From NCBI GenBank assembly GCA_965215195.1, contig CBDCDC010000002.1, forward strand, positions 2,592,001 to 2,656,000: a stretch of 64,000 nt of DNA, read 5' to 3'. The translations under genes and the position numbers were made by a program. The notes under the pieces are model-generated. The model worked only from the letters and a program-made list of their open reading frames with translations, did not search any database and was not told the origin of the DNA. Position 1 is the stretch's first letter. Each line of letters opens with the position of its first letter. Source of the stretch: Candidatus Latescibacterota bacterium (lineage in GTDB: Bacteria > Latescibacterota > UBA2968 > UBA8231). This document shows, piece after piece, positions 1-9,203 of this stretch.

Positions 1-122
1 ACATATTCCTCACTGTCCAGCGAAATGACGACATTCGCGTTATTCCCGGCGGCAGCACCACCACAGAGTGCGAGCAACAGGGCGATGGCAAGAGGAAACA
101 TCTTGCGTACGCTGTTCTTCAT
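1..122 (-). CDS. 5' part of a secreted protein, runs off the window edge
   Basis: ATG at 122 preceded by GAAGGAG; reads MKNSVRKMFPLAIALLLALCGGAAAGNNANVVISLDSEEY, a signal-peptide-like N-terminus. Confidence 0.7.
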   Translation of the reverse strand, partial: MKNSVRKMFPLAIALLLALCGGAAAGNNANVVISLDSEEY

Positions 123-164
123 GGTTGCTTCTCCTTCTATATTGTAACCTGTTGATTTAATAGG

Positions 165-202
165 GAAATGGGACCCCAATTTGAGGTTTGAGGTCCCATT
201 TC
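165..202 (-). terminator. Hairpin downstream of the large surface-protein gene
   Basis: 11-bp inverted repeat GAAATGGGACC / GGTCCCATTTC, 24 nt past the stop at 226. Confidence 0.5.
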
Positions 203-225
203 ATTAACTCGCTGTGCAGTGGGTG

Positions 226-3200
226 CTACTTGAGCAACAGCATCTTCTTGACTTCGCGGAACTCACCACCCGCCTGCAGGTGGTAGAAATACAACCCCGA
301 CGACAAGCTGTGCCCACTCTCGTTGGTCGCGTCCCACTCCACCACATACCGACCCGCGCTCTGATGCTCGGCCACCAGCGTCCGAACCGCCTGACCAACC
401 ACGTTATACACGGTCAGTTCCACGTCCGCCGCCTGCGGCAACGCATACCGGATCGTCGTCGCCGGGTTGAACGGGTTCGGATAGTTATTCGCCAACGCGA
501 ACACCGCCGGCCGCGTCTGCAACGCCACCGGAGCCGGCAGCACCAAGCGGTTGAAGCCAACGCTGTCATACGTCTGGCTGTCGGTGATCTCGATGACCGT
601 ACTCTCGATCTCCGTCGTCGGCCGGAACACCAAGCGCAGCCCCACCTCCCCGTCGGAGACCACCGCGCCGTGAGCGACCAGCGCCAACACGCCGGCTTCG
701 TCGGACAGCACCTGCGGGGCAGCCAACGCACTCCCGCCCAGCGGCTGATCGGTCAACGCCTCGACGAACTCCAGCTTGTCGGCGTCGTATTGCACCTGCA
801 AGCCGTAGCCCTTGACCGCGACGAAGTCGGCCATGCGCACGTCGAGGACGAAGTCCTCACCCACGCTGGGCAGCGCCGTGCGCGCATCCACATACAGTCG
901 CGCCTCTGCGTTCAGACCGGCGAACAGGGGCACGCGCTTGCCAGCGGCAGCCGTACTGCGACCGAAGTGGTCGGCAAAGACGAAGAAATCGTCGAAGTCG
1001 ATCGCCGCACTCGGTGCCAAGTCAAACGCCGGATCAAAACCAACGTCTTCGGCCGTCAAACCGAAGAAATCCGCTAGAATGAAGAAGTCGTCGAAGCCTA
1101 CGCGGTTGTCCGCGCCGAATAGGCCGAAGAGGGCGCGCCCTTCGCTATCGACCACGCGGTTGCGCACGGCCAGCGCCGTCTGCTCAAGCTCAGAACCCGT
1201 CTCGTTGTCTGCGTCGTAGGGCCGCACCTGATAGGTGTAGCGCACCCCGTTGAGCGCCGTCGCATCGACAAAGGACGCAACGCCGGCATCGACTTGCGCG
1301 ACCAAGACGAACTCGTCTTCGCCCGCTGCACGGCGATAGATGCCGTAGCCACGCACACCGACGACGGGCTCAGTCGCGGCCGGACCAATGGCCTCAGCCA
1401 CGACGCCCTGCAAGAGGCGATCAGACGGCGAGAGCGTCCACGTCAGGACGATGCGGCTGCCCTCGTCGTTGGGCGCATCCAAGACGCGGAGCGACGGCAC
1501 GGCTTCCGGCGCGATATTGTCGATAGCGCGAACCGGCTCTTCCGTCATGGTAATGGCCGAACTCTCCAGCACACCCTCAACGCTATTCAGCTTCGGGGCC
1601 ACGCCTTGAGCGAAAGCAAGCACTTCCGGCAGCAGCGAGGCGAACACCGGCGCATCACCGGCTTGAGCCGCTTCCCGGCTAGCCAGCAGCGTCTCGGCCA
1701 TCAACTCGTAGGGCTGGTTCACGTCTGCGGCGCGGACGAATGCGGCCTTCGCAGCACCGTGCGTGGTCTGGTTTCCGCGCTCGGCGGCAATGCCCCAGTT
1801 GGTAGCGACATTGTCGAGCGTGGCGACGATGGCGCGGCCAATCTGCACACCCGGCACGGCATCTACCATGGCCCAAGGAACCATTTCATTGTTCAGCACG
1901 GGCAGTTCGCGGAAGATGCGATAGCCGTCAATCCCGTCGTGATGCTCCGACAGGTCCCAAGTCAGCAGGACAAAGCCGCCTTGGTCGCCAGCGCCGTCAG
2001 CACCTTTGTAGTCTTCGGCCACTAGAGCGTCGGGAGCATCCAACGGAGGCTCAATAACCGCCACGACGAACGGCAGCGAATTAGAAGCACCGCTGCCATC
2101 CGTAACCGTGTAGGTAACGACAGCAGCCACAATCAGCTCCGTGGGCGTACCCGAGATCGTCCGCGTGGCCGCGTCAAACGACAAGCCAGCGGGGAGCCCG
2201 GACACGCTATATGTCAGCGGCGGGGTTCCACCCGAGACTTCCGGTAGCACTAGGTCAACGGCCTGACCAAAGACGAAGGGGATGACTCTATCGTCGTGCT
2301 CAGACGCTGGATTGGCCTTGCCAGCACCCCCATTGAACGCGCCGAACAATGCGCCAAGGTCGCCAAAGTCCAACATCGGGTTGACCGTGATGGAGAAAGT
2401 CAGCGACGCAGTCGCATCCGCCCCGTCGGTCGCCGTGTACGTAACTTCGACCACCGTCTTCTCGCTCACCTCGGCCAGCGTACCCGAAATCGTCCGCGTG
2501 GCCGCGTCAAACGCCAAGCCCGCCGGCAACTCGGAGACGCTATATGTAACGTCGCCCTCGCCCGTGCCGTCCAACACAGCCGGCAGTTCGATAGGATCAA
2601 TCGCCGTGCCAGCCGTGGACATCACGTCCGCAACCGAAGCCCCGTCGGCAAAGGCCAAAGGCGTCGGTTCAGGTTCTGGGGCCACTACTTCGGCGTCGGA
2701 TAGCGTGATATCGGCCGAGCCGCCGATCAAGCCGGCAATCGCCCCATTGAGCGTGATCGTCTCGTTGCCCTCATCCTCGCCATCGGCAGTGGGATCAATC
2801 AGCAAAGCGATCGAACCCGACGTCGAGCCGGCCTCAATGCGCAGCAGCGGATTGAACAGCGCCGAGTAATCCACATCGCGCGTCGCAACCGAACCACCAT
2901 CAATGGAGACGGATACCGTCGCGGCCTCGTCCAACACCTTGCCGTCCAACGTCGCCGTTATCGTAACCTCAGTCAACCCGGCGGCCTCGCTGATCGTGTG
3001 CGGCGATACCGACAGCGAGATGGTCGTACTCGGAGTTTCGTCGTCGGCGATCTTGATGTCCGTCTGCGCCGAGCCACCCGAGGCCGAAACCTGCACACCC
3101 AAGTACTTATTGCCATCCACCGCCGCGTTGTCCAGCGGCGTCAGGATCAGCGTCGTCGTCCCTTGGGTCTCGCCAGCGGCAATGGTGACGACGCCACCAA

Positions 3201-5712
3201 GAGCCGCGGTGTAGTCCACATCGCGCACGGCCAACGCGCCGGCACTGGGCGCACCAATCGTGAAGCTAACGGTCTCGTCTATGTCCGAGGCGGACGCCAA
3301 GGTCGCCGTCAGGGTGATGACTGTCATCTCCCCGTTTTCGCGAACTGATGAATGAGTCGAGGCCAGACTGGCGAATCCAACCGTTGGTACCGGTGCTGCA
3401 CCGATCTCAATGGTGAAGGGCATGGCTGCGCTGCTGGCACCCGCTGGGTCGCTGTCAATCACCGTATAGACGATGGAGGACGAGCCGGCCGTCGTCGGCG
3501 TACCCGAAATCGTCCGCGTGGCCGCGTCAAACGACAGACCCGCCGGCAACTTCGACACCGCGTACGTCAAGGCCCCGGTGCCGCCCTCAGCTTCCGGCAG
3601 TTCTTCAGGATCAATCGCCGTGCCAGCCGTGTACTCGAAGACGGTAGAAGACAGGTCAACGGCACCGAAACTAAGGGCACCCGGGTCCGGCACCTCAGCG
3701 TCCGGATCCGCATCTTTCAGCACCACCGACTCCGTGCTGACCTTGACGGCTTCGTCATCGGCATTTCTGACGGGACTTTCCAGCGCCGTCAGGCCAACCT
3801 TCTTATCCCCGCCGTTGATGGGGGTAATGGAGACCGTCGTCGAGCCTTTGACCTCCCCGGCCGGAATCGTCAGCGAACGCAGGATAGCCGTGTAGTCGGT
3901 ATCGCGCTGCGCCGCTTTATCATCATCATTCACTGCGCCATTGGCATCCGTATCCCGAGTAACGATCAAGTCCACCCTCACGTCCTCGTCGAATACTTGG
4001 CCGTCTAAGGTGCCGGTCACCGTAACGACATTGGCACCCGTACCTGCCTTGAGTTCACCGGGACTCACCGATAGCGTTATCTTTTCGGTCAGCGTCTCGT
4101 CATCGGTGATCGTGATGGTCTCAAAACCTACGGGAGTATCTTCAGCTCCGACTTGAGCTTCCACTCTGAACCTCTTCACACCCGTTGCCGAGTCGTTCGT
4201 GGGAGTGAGGGTGAGCGTCGTCGTCCCCTCGGTCGCACCGGCCAGAATGATGAGATCCTCCACGGCCACCGTGTAATCTACATCGCGAACCCCGGGGAGG
4301 TCGTCGGTATTGGATTCAATAGTGAACTTCACACTCGCGTTAGTAGTCGATGCGGCCTCCAAGACAACTTTCAACTCAATTTCCGTCCGCCCATCCTCCT
4401 CGCGTATCGTCTTAGGACTCGCTACCAGCCCCGCATCGCCTGCTTTAGTTCTAAGAAGAGGAGCGTTCTTTATCTTGAAGAAACCGAGGTTAGCGGTAAT
4501 CGCGAATTTCAAGTCTGCTTCCTTCAGACTAGCAGTGGAGTCGATTCGCATATTAAAGAGATGCTCAGCCGTCTCCACACCGTTTTTACCGTTTAGATCA
4601 ATACCAAGATCGTCTTCGCTAAGAAAGTCGTCGCAAGGAACTGTATCACCAGGACTACTAACTAGGTTGAATCTATGGCCGGCCGCATCGCAGCCTAGCG
4701 CTTCTTCCCTCAAGCTCCAACGAACTCTTCTCGTATCAACTTCATTCGGGTCGGTAGGAGGAACATTATTCCCCCCTGTCAGTACATTACCATCCGCATC
4801 AGTCGTATCCGCTCGGGTAAGCACAATGGAGTCGCCCGTATCGCCATCAAGGTTTAGGTCAATGCCTTTGAGGCTATCCAACTCCGTATGCAGCACGATA
4901 TAGGCATCTACATCTCTGGTCTCTTTGGGATCGATGGTAATCGTCGCCTTACCCGACGCATATTTACTGCGCAGATCTATGGTGGCCGGCGACGCCGAGT
5001 AATCCGAATCGCGCCTCAGTATCTCGTCCGTAGAAGAGATGTTAGAGGGAAGGTCTGCAACGTCAACGTCAGCGGGATTGTTAAAAAGCAAGAGCAACGA
5101 ATGGTCTATCCCTGAAAGACTTCCATTCAAGGTGGCGGTCACCGTGACATTGGTCAAACCCGCCTCATTGCTTAGATCGCCCGGAGAAAACGAAAGATCC
5201 AAATCAGTGCTTAGCTTGTCGTCGTCGAGCAGGGTAATCTTAATCGGCGCGTTGACGGCCGTAGCACCAGTACCAGCATCACCCTCAATGTTGATGATAA
5301 GATTGTCCTCAGCACCGTCATCCTTAATGTCCTCCCCTCGATCCGCATCATTGATGGGCGTAAAGACGATCGTCGCCGTCGCCTCTTTGCTACCCTTCGG
5401 AATTATGATAGTGGGTAGCGTTATGCGAAAGCGACGATTGAGTGCTCCCATTACCTCATCGGGGGAGGCACCCCCGTCCGTTATAGCTCCGAGAGACAAG
5501 GCCACAGCAGTATTCGCTCCCACTGCCGTATCATCGTCCACTTTGGCTTTCACCGTGATCTCGGTCTCACCAGCGTCCTCGCGCACCTTAGTGTCCCCCG
5601 GCGTTAGGTCAATACCCGCCGCCGCCTCACCGGCCCACCCCAACACCAAACCAGCCGCCAGCAACCAAGGCACGTAGGCCAAGCGCCGGATTAACAACTT
5701 CGTGTGTATCAT
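226..5712 (-). CDS. Large secreted/surface protein with Calx-beta-like and putative-Ig repeats, an EF-hand/dockerin-like motif, a cohesin-like region and a C-terminal FlgD-Ig/T9SS-type sorting domain
   Basis: Signal peptide (…LGWAGEAAA); repeated A.RD.DY modules; three LPAGL[SA]FDAATRTISGT modules; DNRVGFDDFFILADFFG / AAIDFDDFFVFADHFG; C-terminal NYPNPFNPATTIRYALP…VYNVVGQAVRTLV…SGLYFYHLQAG…KKMLLLK. GGAGG spacing favours the ATG at 5712 over the GTG at 5715. Confidence 0.85.
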   Translation of the reverse strand: MIHTKLLIRRLAYVPWLLAAGLVLGWAGEAAAGIDLTPGDTKVREDAGETEITVKAKVDDDTAVGANTAVALSLGAITDGGASPDEVMGALNRRFRITLPTIIIPKGSKEATATIVFTPINDADRGEDIKDDGAEDNLIINIEGDAGTGATAVNAPIKITLLDDDKLSTDLDLSFSPGDLSNEAGLTNVTVTATLNGSLSGIDHSLLLLFNNPADVDVADLPSNISSTDEILRRDSDYSASPATIDLRSKYASGKATITIDPKETRDVDAYIVLHTELDSLKGIDLNLDGDTGDSIVLTRADTTDADGNVLTGGNNVPPTDPNEVDTRRVRWSLREEALGCDAAGHRFNLVSSPGDTVPCDDFLSEDDLGIDLNGKNGVETAEHLFNMRIDSTASLKEADLKFAITANLGFFKIKNAPLLRTKAGDAGLVASPKTIREEDGRTEIELKVVLEAASTTNASVKFTIESNTDDLPGVRDVDYTVAVEDLIILAGATEGTTTLTLTPTNDSATGVKRFRVEAQVGAEDTPVGFETITITDDETLTEKITLSVSPGELKAGTGANVVTVTGTLDGQVFDEDVRVDLIVTRDTDANGAVNDDDKAAQRDTDYTAILRSLTIPAGEVKGSTTVSITPINGGDKKVGLTALESPVRNADDEAVKVSTESVVLKDADPDAEVPDPGALSFGAVDLSSTVFEYTAGTAIDPEELPEAEGGTGALTYAVSKLPAGLSFDAATRTISGTPTTAGSSSIVYTVIDSDPAGASSAAMPFTIEIGAAPVPTVGFASLASTHSSVRENGEMTVITLTATLASASDIDETVSFTIGAPSAGALAVRDVDYTAALGGVVTIAAGETQGTTTLILTPLDNAAVDGNKYLGVQVSASGGSAQTDIKIADDETPSTTISLSVSPHTISEAAGLTEVTITATLDGKVLDEAATVSVSIDGGSVATRDVDYSALFNPLLRIEAGSTSGSIALLIDPTADGEDEGNETITLNGAIAGLIGGSADITLSDAEVVAPEPEPTPLAFADGASVADVMSTAGTAIDPIELPAVLDGTGEGDVTYSVSELPAGLAFDAATRTISGTLAEVSEKTVVEVTYTATDGADATASLTFSITVNPMLDFGDLGALFGAFNGGAGKANPASEHDDRVIPFVFGQAVDLVLPEVSGGTPPLTYSVSGLPAGLSFDAATRTISGTPTELIVAAVVTYTVTDGSGASNSLPFVVAVIEPPLDAPDALVAEDYKGADGAGDQGGFVLLTWDLSEHHDGIDGYRIFRELPVLNNEMVPWAMVDAVPGVQIGRAIVATLDNVATNWGIAAERGNQTTHGAAKAAFVRAADVNQPYELMAETLLASREAAQAGDAPVFASLLPEVLAFAQGVAPKLNSVEGVLESSAITMTEEPVRAIDNIAPEAVPSLRVLDAPNDEGSRIVLTWTLSPSDRLLQGVVAEAIGPAATEPVVGVRGYGIYRRAAGEDEFVLVAQVDAGVASFVDATALNGVRYTYQVRPYDADNETGSELEQTALAVRNRVVDSEGRALFGLFGADNRVGFDDFFILADFFGLTAEDVGFDPAFDLAPSAAIDFDDFFVFADHFGRSTAAAGKRVPLFAGLNAEARLYVDARTALPSVGEDFVLDVRMADFVAVKGYGLQVQYDADKLEFVEALTDQPLGGSALAAPQVLSDEAGVLALVAHGAVVSDGEVGLRLVFRPTTEIESTVIEITDSQTYDSVGFNRLVLPAPVALQTRPAVFALANNYPNPFNPATTIRYALPQAADVELTVYNVVGQAVRTLVAEHQSAGRYVVEWDATNESGHSLSSGLYFYHLQAGGEFREVKKMLLLK

Positions 5713-5868
5713 CACTCAACCTCCCCAGGGAAAGCATCCCTGATTGTGAAATTAAAAGATGGATTTGCTTCAAACCCAATCAGGCTTTGCGTTTTTGCGT
5801 TTTTCATTAGGTGCCCTTTCGCGGCTTTTCTGCCCATAAGGCATTTTCTCATCCAACAGAATTAGTTA

Positions 5869-5897
5869 ATTATACCGACAAAAAACAGAAGTGTCAA
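5869..5897 (-). promoter_or_regulatory. Consensus sigma70 promoter for the large surface-protein gene
   Basis: Minus strand TTGACA-N17-TATAAT (5897-5892 and 5874-5869). Confidence 0.85.
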
Positions 5898-6040
5898 GCG
5901 CAAATTCCCCTTTGAAAGCCTTAGCTAAAAGCCGACGCTCAATGGACTCTAACCGCTTGGATAGCTCGGCCACAAGACCAGCCAGCGCATCGGGATTCAG
6001 TTCGGGAGGCGGATGCTGCATTGAAAAGTTCTTCTGCCGT

Positions 6041-6415
6041 TCACCCCTGTGGATCGTACGATTCGGCATCCTCGGCCACGCGGTCGCCGGTGCCGGCGCA
6101 CCCAGCCCGCTCAAAAAGCCCGTCCCGAATCGTCTCCAGCACCCCATTCATCCGCGCCTGCTCCTGCTCCAACCGCCCCAGCCGCTCTGGAAGCGTCTCC
6201 AGCACCCCAGCCGTATGCGCCTGCGCTTGCTCCAAACGACTCAGCCGGTCTGAAAGCGAAGCCGTACTCGCGTCCTGACGCGCCGAAAGCGAACTCAAAT
6301 TCGCGTCTATCCGCGCCTGTCCTTCCTCCAGACGACCCAGCCGTTCCGCAATACTCACCTGCTCTAGACTATCTAGCCGATCCGAGTGCGGATCGCATCC
6401 AATTTCACTTGTCAA
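6041..6415 (-). CDS. Small coiled-coil hypothetical protein (start uncertain)
   Basis: Three repeats of [ED]RL[GS]RLE…QA; a possible TTG start overlaps the upstream TGA. Confidence 0.5.
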   Translation of the reverse strand: MTSEIGCDPHSDRLDSLEQVSIAERLGRLEEGQARIDANLSSLSARQDASTASLSDRLSRLEQAQAHTAGVLETLPERLGRLEQEQARMNGVLETIRDGLFERAGCAGTGDRVAEDAESYDPQG

Positions 6416-8850
6416 ACATCCCGCCGCCCCCGCCGCAACGCCCCCACAACCACTCCCACAACCACCACCAACCCCACCAAAACCGCCCCCTGTGACCAAG
6501 CCAACACCCGCGAAAAATAGCGCAACTCCACCTCGTGTTCCCCGGCCGGCAACGCCACCCCCTTCCATACGTAGTTCACCCGCAGCATCTCCGCCTCCTG
6601 CCCATCCACCCACACCGACCAATTCGATTGGTAATTTTCCGACACCACCAACAAGCGCGGCCCGGTGCTGCGCGTCCGCAGGCTAATTAGCCCGGCCGCC
6701 GGATCGTACGCCAGCCGCTCAACCCGGTCGCCCGCCTGGTCCCCCGTGCCATCGAGCCGCACCGCCGGCACACGCTCCAGCAAGGCCACGCGCTGCGGGT
6801 CCGCCCGGCCGCTCACCAGCCGCGCCAACACTGCCTCGCCGCTATCCAACACCTCGGCTTCCGGCACCAAGTAAAACCACGGCAATGCCTGCTGATTTTC
6901 ATACAGGCGAAAGCGCACCCCCTCAAAGCGCAGCGGATACGCCGCCCAATTCATATCCAAGGGCTTGGGCACGGCCAGATACTTGCCGTTGAGCAAATTC
7001 AACAAGGATTGAAACCCAGCGGACGGCGCACCTGCCCGCAGAAACTGCTGCACCAGCGGCTCAAACTCCTTCAGCATCCGGTCGTAGCGGCCCACCGTCA
7101 AATCGTGAAAGCCCGTGATGGACCAAACGCCGTGCAAGTGATAGCCCGGCTCCTCCAGCACCCGGAAGCTGGGCAAGGGCAAGACGCGGAAGAGCGTTTC
7201 GTCGCTTTGCAAAAACTGCACCGCACGGGGATTCTCCCGGCGAATGTCGGTATAGTGGCCCGGGTCCCGATAGTGCAAATAGACCCGATCGACGCGCCAT
7301 GTGTCAAACAGCGTCACCGCGCACAAGCCAGCCACCAACACAGTCGCCGAAAGCTGGCCCCACAGCCGCAGATAGAGCAACGCCACGCCTGCACCAACCG
7401 CCAGCGCCACGCACCAACCGCCGTGCGCGATCCAATCGTAGCTAGCCGCCAACACGGCCCGCTTTTGCGGCGCAATATCCTCATACAACGCGGAAATCCA
7501 AGCATCGGTCACACCCTTGGGAAAGAGCGCGACCACCAAGGCGAGCGCGGCGAGGATGCCGCCGACATAGGCCAAGCGGCCCCGCAGCAAGGTGCGCTCG
7601 TCCGCGTCGGCGTCCAATAGCCGCTGCAAGCCCAACCCCGCCAGCGCACACCCGGCAAACGCGAACACAAACGAACCCATCCCAATGGCGCGCTGCACAT
7701 CGGCCCCGGGCAGCAGGTGAAACGCCAGATAGTGGACGGGCGTGTGCTCGCCCAAGACATAGGCCAACGCCAGTACAAACACGCCGGCCAGCAGCGCCAC
7801 TTGGGGTCGCCGCCGACACTCCGGCACCATCAACAGAGCCAAGAGCACGGTCAACGCGCCAAAGTACTCGGAGTTGATCTTAAACGCGTTGCGGCCCCAA
7901 TAGCGGGAGCCACCTTCTACCAGCACGTCGTCGTACCCGCCAAACTCCGGGACCACCAGCGAAGCCACTTCCTCGGGATGCAGCGACCAGCTCCGCGCAT
8001 ACGCGAGTTGTTCCTCCGCGGTCTTGCCCCCCACCTCGTCGCCCGTGGCCCGCTTGGACTCGGAGCGGGTGTAGAGCATCACCGGAAAGGCCCCCTCGGC
8101 CCCCAAGGCCAACCCCAGCACGACTGCGGCGACAAAATGCACTAAGCGCCGGACCAAAGCCCCCTCGCGGCGCATTTGGTACAACTTAAATAGGAAATAG
8201 ACCCCGAGGCCCAGCAGCGCGAAGTACGTCATCGGCGGATGGGAGTAGATACACGCGCCGATTAGCACACCGACAGCCGCCCAATAGATCAGCCGACCCT
8301 GCGCCAAGGCCCGTTCCAACGCCCAGATGATCCACGGGAAGAGGGCGATGACGCCCATCTTGGCATAGTGGCCAGCCAAGGGGAACGCCAAGAAGGTCGG
8401 CGCGGACATGAAAGCCACGCCGCCCCACAGCGCGGCGCGGCCGCCTACGTGGATTTGGCGCAAGTACGCGTACATGCCCAAGCCAGCGACAAACATCGTC
8501 AGGATGTAGCGCCAGCCGATGTAGCGCTGAAAGGTTGTAAAAAAATACAGGACGTACGCTGGGAAGTACTGGGGACGAATGCCCTCGGACTGGGGGAAGC
8601 CGCCCATCTTGGGGTCCCACAGGGGCTGCGCCACGGTCTGCACCTTGTCCCAGAAGCTCAGGGCCGCGCCCTTGTGGTAGTCCGCGCCTACGTCCAAGCC
8701 ATAGACGATCTTGTCCGAGAGGGGGAACTCGTAGAAGTACAGCAGGCTCAGGGCGAGGAAGAAGATCGGCGGAAACAGGCGATGATTCCACAGGGGAGGG
8801 GCGGTCTTTGCTGGGGCTTGGGTTTTGGCGCGTTTGTTCTTCTTGACCAT
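6412..8850 (-). CDS. YfhO-family multi-TM membrane protein (putative GT-C glycosyltransferase)
   Basis: Many TM helices; PLWDPKMGGFP; C-terminal LLVVSENYQSNWSVWVDG…RVNYVWKGVALPAGEHEVELRY; ATG at 8850 with GGAG. Confidence 0.8.
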   Translation of the reverse strand: MVKKNKRAKTQAPAKTAPPLWNHRLFPPIFFLALSLLYFYEFPLSDKIVYGLDVGADYHKGAALSFWDKVQTVAQPLWDPKMGGFPQSEGIRPQYFPAYVLYFFTTFQRYIGWRYILTMFVAGLGMYAYLRQIHVGGRAALWGGVAFMSAPTFLAFPLAGHYAKMGVIALFPWIIWALERALAQGRLIYWAAVGVLIGACIYSHPPMTYFALLGLGVYFLFKLYQMRREGALVRRLVHFVAAVVLGLALGAEGAFPVMLYTRSESKRATGDEVGGKTAEEQLAYARSWSLHPEEVASLVVPEFGGYDDVLVEGGSRYWGRNAFKINSEYFGALTVLLALLMVPECRRRPQVALLAGVFVLALAYVLGEHTPVHYLAFHLLPGADVQRAIGMGSFVFAFAGCALAGLGLQRLLDADADERTLLRGRLAYVGGILAALALVVALFPKGVTDAWISALYEDIAPQKRAVLAASYDWIAHGGWCVALAVGAGVALLYLRLWGQLSATVLVAGLCAVTLFDTWRVDRVYLHYRDPGHYTDIRRENPRAVQFLQSDETLFRVLPLPSFRVLEEPGYHLHGVWSITGFHDLTVGRYDRMLKEFEPLVQQFLRAGAPSAGFQSLLNLLNGKYLAVPKPLDMNWAAYPLRFEGVRFRLYENQQALPWFYLVPEAEVLDSGEAVLARLVSGRADPQRVALLERVPAVRLDGTGDQAGDRVERLAYDPAAGLISLRTRSTGPRLLVVSENYQSNWSVWVDGQEAEMLRVNYVWKGVALPAGEHEVELRYFSRVLAWSQGAVLVGLVVVVGVVVGALRRGRRDV

Positions 8851-8930
8851 GAAATATCTCCGTGGGGCACCTGCAAGGGCGGTGCCTATACGTTTGCACC
8901 TGCAAGGCAACCTTTATGGTGATCTAACCC

Positions 8931-9179
8931 CTGATGTGCAGTACTATTGTCATTCCGACGAAAGCCGGAATCCAGTCTAATTATTCAATTGTCATACCTG
9001 CTTTCGCAGGCATCCAGATTACCCCGCGGCAGCTCGCCGACTCAACTGAACGCACCGAAGTCCGCATCGTGTGCAAGACTGGATGTCACGCCTAAAGGCG
9101 CGGTGAAGCCCGCGTACGCGGGTAATGACAATAGGGAACGGTAGGAAGCCGCAGACGATAACCACTGCGTAACATCAGT
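8931..9179. mobile_element. Degenerate MITE-like element carrying three GTCAT…ATCCAG palindromic units
   Basis: Ends CTGATGT---GCAGT and ACTGCGTAACATCAGT; internal units at 8948-8975, 8990-9017 and 9079-9130 (inverted); no clear TSD. Confidence 0.5.
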
Positions 9180-9203
9180 ATAAGTGTTGCCCCTACCGGC
9201 GTC

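Noticed and set aside
214-5677. Long plus-strand ORFs over the surface-protein gene
   Set aside because: Antisense shadows of a GC-rich CDS with no recognisable motifs
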